A DNA stretch of 44,720 nucleotides. Origin: Myxococcota bacterium. Lineage in GTDB: Bacteria; Myxococcota_A; UBA796; GCA-2862545. Location of the stretch: contig JBCCQY010000061.1 in NCBI GenBank assembly GCA_039208735.1, positions 1-44,720 on the forward strand, in the 5' to 3' direction. Below, in pieces: positions 1-8,782 of this stretch. The notes under the pieces were generated by a model. It searched no databases. It saw only the letters and a program-made list of their open reading frames with translations, and had not been told where the DNA came from. The stretch's first letter is position 1; each line of letters begins with the position of its first letter. The position numbers and the translations under genes were made by a program.

Positions 1-479
1 CCTGGCCTCCTCAGGTGTGGGTGCTCGACAGTCCACCGGGAGCCCGGCCGATTGAAGACGACCCCACGGCCCCCACCACGGTGTTGCGACATTTACAAAG
101 CGCGCCGGTGCCCGCTCCCAACCGAGACCCGGTTCGCCAGCACCTCAAAGCCCAGGGTTTGCCCGATCCCATCGTCGCTTGGCTTCTCACTTCGCTGAAG
201 CGGCAGCCTGATGGAACCTGGCGTTGGATCTACGATTTAGACGGCATCGACGCGATGTTGCAAAGCTACGCTACGACCGACCTTTGGGACACGGTCCGGG
301 CCCATCCGACGACAATCCAATTCGTACGCGCCGGCCGAGACGGAAGGTTCACACTCGAAGACGAAACCAGCGCAAAGGCCATTCCCGGGACGACCGTACA
401 CACGCTAGCGAACGCTGGTCACTGGCTGCAAGTCGACGACCCAGACGGGCTCCTCGCCGTCATTCAGACGCCGTCTTAG
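1..479 (+). CDS. Alpha/beta hydrolase (YbfF/ABHD11-like esterase), 5'-truncated by window edge
   Basis: Frame is open from position 3. Contains VLDSPP, WLLTSL...WRW.YDLDGI and a C-terminal NAGHWLQVDDP catalytic-His motif typical of alpha/beta hydrolases. Confidence 0.8.
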   Translation, partial: WPPQVWVLDSPPGARPIEDDPTAPTTVLRHLQSAPVPAPNRDPVRQHLKAQGLPDPIVAWLLTSLKRQPDGTWRWIYDLDGIDAMLQSYATTDLWDTVRAHPTTIQFVRAGRDGRFTLEDETSAKAIPGTTVHTLANAGHWLQVDDPDGLLAVIQTPS

Positions 480-1704
480 CGCGACCCAACGAAACGAGGC
501 GTACGATCACGGCATAGCCGATCAGCTGGACGGCCATCGCAGCGAGGATGTAGCCCGGCACGATGATGAGCATCGTGGCGACACGCTCGGCGGCTTGGGG
601 ACCGTCACTGACGGCCCTTCCTGCAAGCGCGTCGAGCGAAGGGACCAACAACACGGTGGCGCTGATCAATGTGGAGCCAATGGTTCCAAGAGCCACCAAG
701 GTCCAGGTAATCGCGGCCTCAAGTCCAAGATCGAGCGCTTCGGGGATGGAGGCCGGTCGAAACGCAGGTGGCGCATCATCGACCACGTCGACCAGGGACA
801 CCACGCGGAGCGCGCGCAGCGCATAGGCAATCCCTAGGACGAAGGCAACGAGACCCGCCCAAATCACGGGGCCAGACTGCACGTCTGGCGTGGCAAACCC
901 CACCACCACGCCGCTGGCGATCCCGAGCACGCCGAGCATCATGGCGGCAAACCGCGTGTGCCGTCGAGCATCGGCGGATCCGTGGTGCCCGATGCCCTCA
1001 AGACGCCGCCCAAAGGCAATGACCCCATAGGTCGCGGCAATCCATGCCGCGGCAAGGGGAAGAGGTGCTGGGTCGAGGGGCGCGGGAAGTCCGTATTCGG
1101 CGGCTGCCTCGGTCATGTTGAGACCGAGACGCCCGATGGCCGCAACGATGAACAACGCGGCAAGCAATCCTAAGAGTGCGACGCTGAATGCGACCTGAGC
1201 CTCTGCGTCAAGCCACGGTGGAGGCGCGTCCGCGGTTCCCTGGCGAGGCCGACGGCCTGGAACGAGCGTGCCGAGGCCTCCAAGCAGGGCCCCAAGACCC
1301 AAACTGCCGACGAGCGCAACGGCATGCCCCAGGACCAACCACGACACGATGCGATTGAGCAACGCCATCCGGTCTGGGGGCTCGAGTGGACCGGTCAACG
1401 GGGTTGCCGCCAACAGCTCACCATGGGCCAACATGCCAGCGACGGGCATGGCCACCAGCATGGCCACCATCGCACCTGCGATAAGTCCAGTGCGCGTCCC
1501 GGTTCGCACTGCGCGGCCAGAGAGGAAACCCGCGGTCACGATCACCATCGCGGCCAGTCCTACCGTGAAAACCGACTGCAACAGGGGCAGCCGGCCCCAA
1601 CTCGGTACTACGGTCCCTGGCAAATCGAGGTACCCCACGACCCACAGGATTGCGCTGGCCAAGAGGCCGGATGCTGCTCCAATACGCCAGACACGGCCGT
1701 TCAT
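460..1704 (-). CDS. Multi-pass integral membrane protein of unknown function
   Basis: About 10 hydrophobic segments. ATG at 1704 follows a GGGGAG RBS (ORF track extends to 1761). The stop overlaps the convergent hydrolase. Confidence 0.7.
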   Translation of the reverse strand: MNGRVWRIGAASGLLASAILWVVGYLDLPGTVVPSWGRLPLLQSVFTVGLAAMVIVTAGFLSGRAVRTGTRTGLIAGAMVAMLVAMPVAGMLAHGELLAATPLTGPLEPPDRMALLNRIVSWLVLGHAVALVGSLGLGALLGGLGTLVPGRRPRQGTADAPPPWLDAEAQVAFSVALLGLLAALFIVAAIGRLGLNMTEAAAEYGLPAPLDPAPLPLAAAWIAATYGVIAFGRRLEGIGHHGSADARRHTRFAAMMLGVLGIASGVVVGFATPDVQSGPVIWAGLVAFVLGIAYALRALRVVSLVDVVDDAPPAFRPASIPEALDLGLEAAITWTLVALGTIGSTLISATVLLVPSLDALAGRAVSDGPQAAERVATMLIIVPGYILAAMAVQLIGYAVIVRLVSLGRAKTASE

Positions 1705-1773
1705 CTTGCTCCCCGGGCGGCCGCAAGGTCTATCGCTGCACGCCGAGGTTGTCGGGCTCAACCCGGAATCGCA

Positions 1774-2337
1774 TCACATGCGTCCGGCAAGTCCGTGGCG
1801 AAGAACCGCGCCAACTTCCCGGAAAGCCTGTCGCCATCGGGAACGGCCGACGAGACGCACCCCGGTACCAGTGACATGGGGAAAGAAGCGGCCGAACATG
1901 CGACGGCAGCGAAAGATGTGACAACTGTCGCTCACCACACAGACTCGTTCTGCTTCGAGAAGCTTCGCCGTGAAGGACGCGTTCTCCCAGGTCGTACGAG
2001 ACTCCCCCTCTTCGAGCACCGCGGTCTGCGGCACGCCCAGGGAAACCGCAAGTCGAGCCGCCGCCTGAGCTTCCGACAAGGGCGGCACCGGAATGCCCTT
2101 GCCACCAGTACACACGAGCAACGGCGCCCGGCCTTCCTGAAACAGCCGTACCGCCAGCCGAACCCGCCGGGCGAGAGCTGGGGAAGGCCGGCCATCGGGC
2201 ATGACCCGGCACCCCGCTACGACGATGGCGTCATAGTGCTCGCCCAAGGGCAAGGGGCGCCGCCCGTAGGCGTCGAGACCCCACGCCGCGATCGCCCACG
2301 CGGCCGCGATGCTCCCCGCCAAGCCCACGAGAATCAA
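1774..2337 (-). CDS. YdcF/DUF218 (SanA/ElyC-like) membrane-anchored protein
   Basis: N-terminal TM, DAIVVAG...PSPALARRV, CTGG, SEA, E.ESRTTWENA, SD..H..R and a C-terminal RE motif. Probable TTG start overlaps the upstream TGA (TTGA). Confidence 0.85.
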   Translation of the reverse strand: MILVGLAGSIAAAWAIAAWGLDAYGRRPLPLGEHYDAIVVAGCRVMPDGRPSPALARRVRLAVRLFQEGRAPLLVCTGGKGIPVPPLSEAQAAARLAVSLGVPQTAVLEEGESRTTWENASFTAKLLEAERVCVVSDSCHIFRCRRMFGRFFPHVTGTGVRLVGRSRWRQAFREVGAVLRHGLAGRM

Positions 2338-2981
2338 CCAAGAAACTCGCGAAACGAAGGACGCTGGAGCAATGCGAAGGTCGCGGGGGCCTGCGTCCGA
2401 GGCACCTCGCGTGCAAAGCGGCGAAGGTCGGCGAGTTCGTCGATGTCGAAGCCCAAAGGCAGGTCGTGGACCACGTAGCCTCGTGAAATCAGGCGTCCTC
2501 CAGTCGCGGCGGCGGTGTCCGGAGCGCTCCAAGGAAGGTCGTCGAGCAACCCTGGCTCACACCGCGAAAGTCCAAGGAGATAGAAACCACCGTCCGTACT
2601 CTTACCGAGAACGGCATCGGCGACCGGTGTGCCGAGGGCCTGACGGTACACCTCAGGACCGATGTTTGGCGCATCGGCCCCAATCGCGAAGGCGCGCCCG
2701 TGGGTTTCGATACCTCGACGAAGCATGCGTTCCACCCGCGCTCCGAGATCTCCCTCGCCCTGATCCCATGGATCCGCGAGCGGCAGGCCATGCTCTGCGT
2801 TGGGCTCGGTCGTGGCTAGAATTGGGCTCAAACCATCAACGTTCGACACAAGGGTCCACGTGTCCTTCAACATGGCGGCCGCGAGTTCCGCGGCCCGCTC
2901 ATGGCCAATACGAGCGCCCAACCTCGTTTTGACCATCCCCGGTCGGGGAGGTTTGGCGAACACCAGACAGGCCGTCGTCAT
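2334..2981 (-). CDS. TIGR04282/DUF2064-like GT-A glycosyltransferase (rSAM/selenodomain-associated transferase 1)
   Basis: FAKPPRPGMVKTRL, Q.EGDLGAR, IGADAP, LG...DGGFYLLGL, PWS and FDIDE..DL motifs. GAGGAG RBS. Confidence 0.85.
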   Translation of the reverse strand: MTTACLVFAKPPRPGMVKTRLGARIGHERAAELAAAMLKDTWTLVSNVDGLSPILATTEPNAEHGLPLADPWDQGEGDLGARVERMLRRGIETHGRAFAIGADAPNIGPEVYRQALGTPVADAVLGKSTDGGFYLLGLSRCEPGLLDDLPWSAPDTAAATGGRLISRGYVVHDLPLGFDIDELADLRRFAREVPRTQAPATFALLQRPSFREFLG

Positions 2982-3051
2982 CGATGCTCCTCATTCGCGG
3001 CTCCTCGTGCAACCGCGCAACATGCTATCCGAGGCCAACTAGGAGAACGGC

Positions 3052-3687
3052 ATGGCGCGAGCCGCGCAAGTCCCAGCGAGTCCACGGTCAGGCGACCAAG
3101 CCCTGATCGAACGGCTCCTCAACAAGGACCCCACCGCATTCGCCGCCCTCGTCGATGAGCACAACGATACGATGCTCCGCGTGGCCCAAGCCATCGTGCG
3201 GTCCCGTAGCGTCGCTGAGGAGGTCGTCCAAGAGACATGGGTGGCCATCCTCAAGGGCATTGCCAAATTCGAGGGGCGCTCCTCGCTGAAAACGTGGATG
3301 TTTCGCATCCTGACCAACCGGGCTCGCACAAGGGCCACCCGCGAGCGGCGCACCTTGCCCGCATCCGCGCTCGGGCAGGAGGACGACCCCGTTGACCTCG
3401 ACCGGTTCGACTCGGCGGGCATGTGGAAGGCGCCGCCAGACCGATGGCACGGCACTCCCGAGAAGTCGGCCGTAGACCACGAAACGGGAGCCGAACTCGA
3501 GAAAGCGATTGCCGAATTGCCCGAACGCCAGCGCATGGTACTCGTTCTGCGTGACGTTCAAGGTTGGTCAAGCGAAGAAGTCCGTAACGTCATGGACATC
3601 GGCGAGACGAATCAGCGCGTTCTGCTTCATCGCGCTCGAACGAAGGTTCGAAACGCACTGGCAACGTACCTTGAAGGTAAAAAATGA
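3052..3687 (+). CDS. ECF RNA polymerase sigma-70 factor
   Basis: Region 2 AEEVVQETW...FEGRSSLKTWMFRI and region 4 LPERQR...LRDVQG...E.NQRVLLHRAR. AGGAG RBS. Confidence 0.92.
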   Translation: MARAAQVPASPRSGDQALIERLLNKDPTAFAALVDEHNDTMLRVAQAIVRSRSVAEEVVQETWVAILKGIAKFEGRSSLKTWMFRILTNRARTRATRERRTLPASALGQEDDPVDLDRFDSAGMWKAPPDRWHGTPEKSAVDHETGAELEKAIAELPERQRMVLVLRDVQGWSSEEVRNVMDIGETNQRVLLHRARTKVRNALATYLEGKK

Positions 3688-3983
3688 TGCCAATCATCAC
3701 TGCCGGCTACTCCTGCCGGGAAATCGTTGAAGCGTCGAGTGCGTTTCTCGACGGCGAAATGACCTGGTCTGAGTGGGCACGCTTTCGCATTCACATCATG
3801 ACCTGTCCCCCATGCGCCGAATATGTGCGCCAGCTGGGCTTGACCGTTGACTCCCTGCGCAGCCTTCCCAACGAAGAGGGCCAGCAACTGCGCAGCAATC
3901 TCATGGAGCTGTTCGACGACTGGTCCTCTGGCCGTCTGCCCGACGACGAGGACAACGAGGACGAAACGCCAAGTCCCGAGTAG
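3684..3983 (+). CDS. Soluble zinc-binding anti-sigma factor (zf-HC2/ZAS)
   Basis: CRE....S.FLDGE and an HxxxCxxC motif (HIMTCPPC). ATGA overlap with the sigma gene. No TM segment. Confidence 0.88.
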   Translation: MMPIITAGYSCREIVEASSAFLDGEMTWSEWARFRIHIMTCPPCAEYVRQLGLTVDSLRSLPNEEGQQLRSNLMELFDDWSSGRLPDDEDNEDETPSPE

Positions 3984-4057
3984 ACCCCAAGCCGTGGGAT
4001 GTGGCTTTGCGGGCCCGCGGGGCCAGCATATCCTTCGCCAGCGATTGGGGAGGGGAC

Positions 4058-6088
4058 GTGTTGGTCTGGTTGTTCTGGCTCATGGCGGTGGCACTTGGGG
4101 CCCCCGAACTTGACATTGAGCGCGGTCTCGCGGCCATGCAGCGCAACGCCTATGAAGAGGCTCGACGTCACGCGCTAACCGCCCTCGGAGAGTCCCCAAA
4201 CGGCGCCGAGGCCCAGCAGCTCTACATTGACGCGACATCGGCGGCCGGCTTCGGGTCGAGGGCGCTCAAGGAACTCTCGGCCTACGAGGTCGAAACTCCT
4301 CCTTGGAGCGCGTTGCGGGCCGAGTTCAAGGAGGCGCTCGACGAAAACGACCGCAAGCGCATCAAAGCAGCCTTCAAGGGTCTTTTCGACAACTATCCCG
4401 ACCATCCGGAGCTTCTGGCACCGGTTTGGGGCGGAGATTCCCTGCAGACCCGCATCATGGCCCTGCGGATCCAGCGGCGCTACGTCACGGCCAAGGCACG
4501 TGAGAATGCAGATCTCACGAAGCTCTACCGTATTCGTAGACTCGTCATGGAAGCGGACAACCTGGACTGGCTGCGGGACGTCGACGAGGTGTTGGCTGCC
4601 CGCGGAGAGCCCACCGTGCCGTCTCGGGCTCCCTACGACCGCATCGGGCGGACGCGATACGCGGAACGGCTCGCGACGAGCGACAACCTACCCCTCACCG
4701 GCTACCCCAACGAACTGCTCGATGTGGTAGACCGTGCCTCCAAACTTCTCTTCAAGGGAGCCCGATTCGCACGCGCCGCCGACCTCTACCAGCAGCTCCA
4801 GCGCCTCACTGGAGTCCCTGAAGCCTGGTCGGGCGAAGCCGAGGCCTGGAGGCGGGCGGGCAAGCTCGAACGGGCACGCAGCGTGGCAGACCAAGCGGTT
4901 GCGCATGCTGCCGCCCCTCGGTCCACCGATCTCGGCTTGGGCAACGAACGCCGGTTGAGAGACGCCCTGTCTCGGGCGCTCCTCGTCAGTTCCCGGATCC
5001 ATGAGGCGATGGAGAACCCGCTCGACGCCCAGATCGACTTGGCCCTCGCCCATCTGTTCGCGGAGAAGGTGCTGGACGACAAGTTGGCCGAACGGTTGGC
5101 GAAGGCCCGCCGCCCTTACGATGTGCAGCTCGAGTCTCGCTTTCGGGACCGTCGCGACCCCATCGCCGCCGTCCTTGGTGACGCGGCGGCAAGCCCGGAG
5201 CCCGGTGCAATCAAGCGCAATGTACGCGATGCGTTGCTGTTGCTGACCGCGGGTACCAAGGGCTCCCTCCGCATCGCCCGATCCCCTGAATCGTTTCAAA
5301 CTCCGATTTCGCAACCCTTGATGCTTCGTTCGAGAGCCGAAAAGCAATTGGGGCAGCTGGGCCTCGCTCGGAGCTACGCCGTGATGGCTACGCTTCTTGC
5401 CGGTCGCAGCCGCCCATGGTGGTGGGCTGAACGCGGGTCGTTGCAGCAACAAAATGGCGAGGATGACGCCGCCTTCCATTCCTACGCAAAGGCTCGCGGT
5501 ATGGGCGTTCATGGCCTCGAAGGAGCCGTAGCGCAGGCCTATATTGGGCTTGGAGACTGGCGCGTCGCGGCGGTCCATGTCGGTGGGGTGCCGCCCGAGG
5601 AAAGCGTGGCCCCCCAACTGGGGATGCCCGTAAGTGTGGCTCCAACCACGACCTCGACCCGTCCTACGGGCGCTCCCAGCCTGGGAGAGCCCATGCCTTC
5701 GTTTGTGATTCCTGCTCGACGAGGGCGTATCGACTCCACATTCCTCCGGGGTCGGGTCGTCATCCTTTCGTTCTTCACTTCAGAATGCGACTCTTGCCTA
5801 CAGATGCTCCCTCAATTCGGGACGGTGGCACGTCGATTGCGACAACAGGGGATGGATGCGGTGGTCATCGCCGTGTCCATTGACGAGGATCCTGCGGAGT
5901 ACCAACGAGTGGCGCGCCTTGGCGGCCGATGGGGTGAAGTTGTGCATCAGCCTGAACTCGGTGAGCGGTTCGGAGTCGACAGGCTCCCCACCACATGGCT
6001 CATCGACGCAAGCGGCATCGCACGGTTCTACATCGACCATTGGTTCTCGGGCGAGGAGCTGCTGGATTACATCCGCCAGATCAACTGA
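4058..6088 (+). CDS. Exported TPR-like helical protein with C-terminal TlpA-like thioredoxin domain
   Basis: GTG at 4058 follows GGAGGGG and precedes a hydrophobic signal peptide. Ala-rich helical repeats, then C-terminal GRVVILSFFTSECDSC (CxxC) and LPTTWLID. Confidence 0.78.
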   Translation: MLVWLFWLMAVALGAPELDIERGLAAMQRNAYEEARRHALTALGESPNGAEAQQLYIDATSAAGFGSRALKELSAYEVETPPWSALRAEFKEALDENDRKRIKAAFKGLFDNYPDHPELLAPVWGGDSLQTRIMALRIQRRYVTAKARENADLTKLYRIRRLVMEADNLDWLRDVDEVLAARGEPTVPSRAPYDRIGRTRYAERLATSDNLPLTGYPNELLDVVDRASKLLFKGARFARAADLYQQLQRLTGVPEAWSGEAEAWRRAGKLERARSVADQAVAHAAAPRSTDLGLGNERRLRDALSRALLVSSRIHEAMENPLDAQIDLALAHLFAEKVLDDKLAERLAKARRPYDVQLESRFRDRRDPIAAVLGDAAASPEPGAIKRNVRDALLLLTAGTKGSLRIARSPESFQTPISQPLMLRSRAEKQLGQLGLARSYAVMATLLAGRSRPWWWAERGSLQQQNGEDDAAFHSYAKARGMGVHGLEGAVAQAYIGLGDWRVAAVHVGGVPPEESVAPQLGMPVSVAPTTTSTRPTGAPSLGEPMPSFVIPARRGRIDSTFLRGRVVILSFFTSECDSCLQMLPQFGTVARRLRQQGMDAVVIAVSIDEDPAEYQRVARLGGRWGEVVHQPELGERFGVDRLPTTWLIDASGIARFYIDHWFSGEELLDYIRQIN

Positions 6089-6115
6089 CCCCCGAAATCG
6101 ACTGGGAGTTGCAGC

Positions 6116-7939
6116 ATGTGTGGAATCATCGCGTACCTGGGTTCGAAGCCCGCCCTGCCGCGGCTTGTCGAGGGCCTGCGCCGCATGGAGTACCGTGGCT
6201 ACGATTCTGCAGGAATCGCACTGGTCCATGATCGATCGCTGTGGCTGCGCAAGGCAGTAGGTCGCGTCGCCGATCTCGCGGCAAAGGTGGAAGGCGGACC
6301 ACAGGCGGGCATTGGACTTGGCCATACGCGATGGGCAACCCACGGCGGGCTCACCCACGAAAACGCGCATCCTCACATCGACGCCGCTCAGCGCATTGCC
6401 GTTGTGCACAACGGCATCATCGAGAACATGACGGCCCTGCGCACCAAGCTGACGGCCGAGGGCGTCACCTTCGTCTCGGAAACCGACACCGAGATCCTGC
6501 CCCATCTCATTCGTCGTCACTACAAGGGCGACCCTGTACAAGCGGTTCGCGATGCCTTGCAGCACGTTCGCGGCACGTACGGCATTGCGGTGGTGTTTGC
6601 TGCGCACCCCGACGTCGTCGTGGCCGCACGCAACGGTTCACCGTTGGTGGTGGGGCTGGGGCAAGGTGAGAGCATTGTTGCGAGTGACCCGCAGGCGATC
6701 GTGGGTCACACCCGGCAGGTCGTCTACCTCCAGGACCGTGAACTGGCGGTCGTGACCTCCGATGGCGTCGACGTGCAAACGTTGGCGGGTCAGTCCGTGA
6801 GTTCCGAAATTGAGGTGCTCGACTCAGACTACGAACTCGCGAGCAAAGAGGGCTTCCCCCACTTCATGCTCAAGGAAATCCACGAGCAGCCCCGTAGCAT
6901 TCGTCGCGCCCTGCGGGGCCGGCTGCAGGTCGAAGAAGGCAACGCCAAGCTCGGGGGTCTCAACCACACCCCACGCGATCTCGTCGCGGTCAATCGAGTG
7001 ATCAACCTGGGATGCGGCACGAGCTACCACGCTGGCATGACCGCCGCGATGGCCATCGAAGCCCTGGCGAGGGTGCCCGCCCGCGCCGAGATCGCAAGTG
7101 AGTTCCGCTACCGGCACCCGATCATTCCCCGCGACGCGCTGTTCTTCGCCTTCTCACAGTCCGGCGAAACCGCTGATACGCTGGGGGCAATTGGCGAAGT
7201 TCAGCTCAAGGGCGGCGAGGTGATGGGCGTCGTCAATGTCGTGGGTTCGACGATTGCGCGCACGTGTGGCCGTGGGGTCTACGTCCATTCGGGCCCTGAG
7301 ATCGCGGTGGCCTCGACCAAGGCGTTTACGTCCCAGATTGCCGCCATGCTGGTGTTCACCCTGATGTTGGCGCGTTGCCGCAACCTGTCCCTCGAACAAG
7401 GCCAGCGTGCCGCCCAAACGCTCGACGAGATTCCCTCGCTCGTCGCACAATATCTGCAGGAGCCAGGCCCCATTCAGGCGGCCGTGGACCTGCTTAGCCC
7501 AGCCTCCTACGTCTTGTTCCTCGGTCGGGGCTACTCCTTCCCGGTGGCGCTTGAAGGCGCGCTGAAGCTCAAGGAGATCGCCTACATCCCCTGTGAGGGG
7601 TACCCCGCGGGCGAGATGAAGCATGGCCCGATTGCGATGCTCGACAAAGGTGCCCCCGTCGTGTTCGTGGCCCCGCGAGACAATCAAACCGAAAAGGCCG
7701 TGTCAAACATGATGGAAGTGAAGGCACGAGGTGCCAAGCTGATCGTCATTCATACTGCGGGGGATGACGAGGTCGCGCGGCTCGCCGACGTCGCAATTCC
7801 GATCCCCCGGACCGAGGACTATGCAAGCCCCCTCCTCACCGTGCTGCCCTTGCAGCTACTCGCCTACCGCGTGGGACTGGCCTTGGGCCGCGACGTTGAC
7901 AAGCCGCGCAACCTCGCCAAGGCGGTCACGGTCGAGTGA
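6116..7939 (+). CDS. glmS: Glutamine--fructose-6-phosphate aminotransferase (isomerizing)
   Basis: MCGI N-terminus, EYRGYDSAG, GHTRWATHG, SQSGETADT, VASTKAF, EGALKLKEI, GEMKHGP and C-terminal DKPRNLAKAVTVE. Confidence 0.98.
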   Translation: MCGIIAYLGSKPALPRLVEGLRRMEYRGYDSAGIALVHDRSLWLRKAVGRVADLAAKVEGGPQAGIGLGHTRWATHGGLTHENAHPHIDAAQRIAVVHNGIIENMTALRTKLTAEGVTFVSETDTEILPHLIRRHYKGDPVQAVRDALQHVRGTYGIAVVFAAHPDVVVAARNGSPLVVGLGQGESIVASDPQAIVGHTRQVVYLQDRELAVVTSDGVDVQTLAGQSVSSEIEVLDSDYELASKEGFPHFMLKEIHEQPRSIRRALRGRLQVEEGNAKLGGLNHTPRDLVAVNRVINLGCGTSYHAGMTAAMAIEALARVPARAEIASEFRYRHPIIPRDALFFAFSQSGETADTLGAIGEVQLKGGEVMGVVNVVGSTIARTCGRGVYVHSGPEIAVASTKAFTSQIAAMLVFTLMLARCRNLSLEQGQRAAQTLDEIPSLVAQYLQEPGPIQAAVDLLSPASYVLFLGRGYSFPVALEGALKLKEIAYIPCEGYPAGEMKHGPIAMLDKGAPVVFVAPRDNQTEKAVSNMMEVKARGAKLIVIHTAGDDEVARLADVAIPIPRTEDYASPLLTVLPLQLLAYRVGLALGRDVDKPRNLAKAVTVE

Positions 7940-8777
7940 ACGCTGGGGGCTGGTCTTTGCGCTGCTGTTGACCGGCTGCTGGCATCGGGTGCCCCCCGGT
8001 TCGCTCGGGGGTCAGGACGGCGACGTCATCGAGGCTCGAGATCGATTCCGAGTGCTCATCGCCGATGGCCTGGCGCGGTTCGATGCCACGAGCCTGGCGC
8101 GAATGCAGAATCGCAAGCCGGACCGCATCGCCGTCAGTAATGCCGTCGATCGGTCGACGCCTCGCCAGTGGCGCCACGCCGTCCGCACCCTCGATGCATT
8201 CGCTCCCGTCTGGCCCGTCGTGGGTCGCGGAGAACGTCGCCGGGACGCTCGTCTTCGCGGGTTCTTTGCCGCTTGGCCAAACGTGGGTATCCCCGTCTTG
8301 AGCGAGCCGGTGAGCTGGTATGCGGTGGACGTTCAGACCAACGATGTGCGTTGGCGCTGGGTGGTGTGTGACAGCGACGCAGGAGCCCTCGGTCGGGCCT
8401 GGCTCGATGAACGGTCGTGGCTTCCCAAGGCCGTCAGCGACGACCGCGTCGACCGTCTGATCGTCGCTTTGAATGGTGCAGCTACGGGTACCGAACCGCT
8501 CCTCGAACTGCTGCGCAACCACGCCAGCGCCGATAAGGTCATCCTCGCCATTGCGTACGGCACCGGAACGCCCGAGTTCGTCACCCGAGGCGGACGCTGG
8601 GGGGAAGGACGATTGCACCCCTCCCCGCTTCCCGCCGGCGGCTGGTGGACCATCGATCTCGAAGCGTCTGGGCTCACGATCACGGCCGAACGGCCCTTAG
8701 GTCAACCCGTCCTGCACAACTGGACGCCAGGGACGGGCTGGGTCATGAACCAACTCGCAACGAAAGGCGAGGGCTAA
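7896..8777 (+). CDS. Putative lipoprotein with degenerate calcineurin-like metallophosphoesterase fold; start uncertain
   Basis: Lipobox LLLTGC. Segments PVWPVVGRGE, WYAVDV..RWVVCDS and SWL follow the metallophosphoesterase layout without the metal ligands. In-frame TTG at 7896; an alternative frameshifted GTG lies at 7936. Confidence 0.6.
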   Translation: MTSRATSPRRSRSSERWGLVFALLLTGCWHRVPPGSLGGQDGDVIEARDRFRVLIADGLARFDATSLARMQNRKPDRIAVSNAVDRSTPRQWRHAVRTLDAFAPVWPVVGRGERRRDARLRGFFAAWPNVGIPVLSEPVSWYAVDVQTNDVRWRWVVCDSDAGALGRAWLDERSWLPKAVSDDRVDRLIVALNGAATGTEPLLELLRNHASADKVILAIAYGTGTPEFVTRGGRWGEGRLHPSPLPAGGWWTIDLEASGLTITAERPLGQPVLHNWTPGTGWVMNQLATKGEG

Positions 8778-8782
8778 CCCGC

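Noticed and set aside
6089..6115. glmS ribozyme upstream of glmS
   Set aside because: Only 27 nt of intergenic space and no consensus core.
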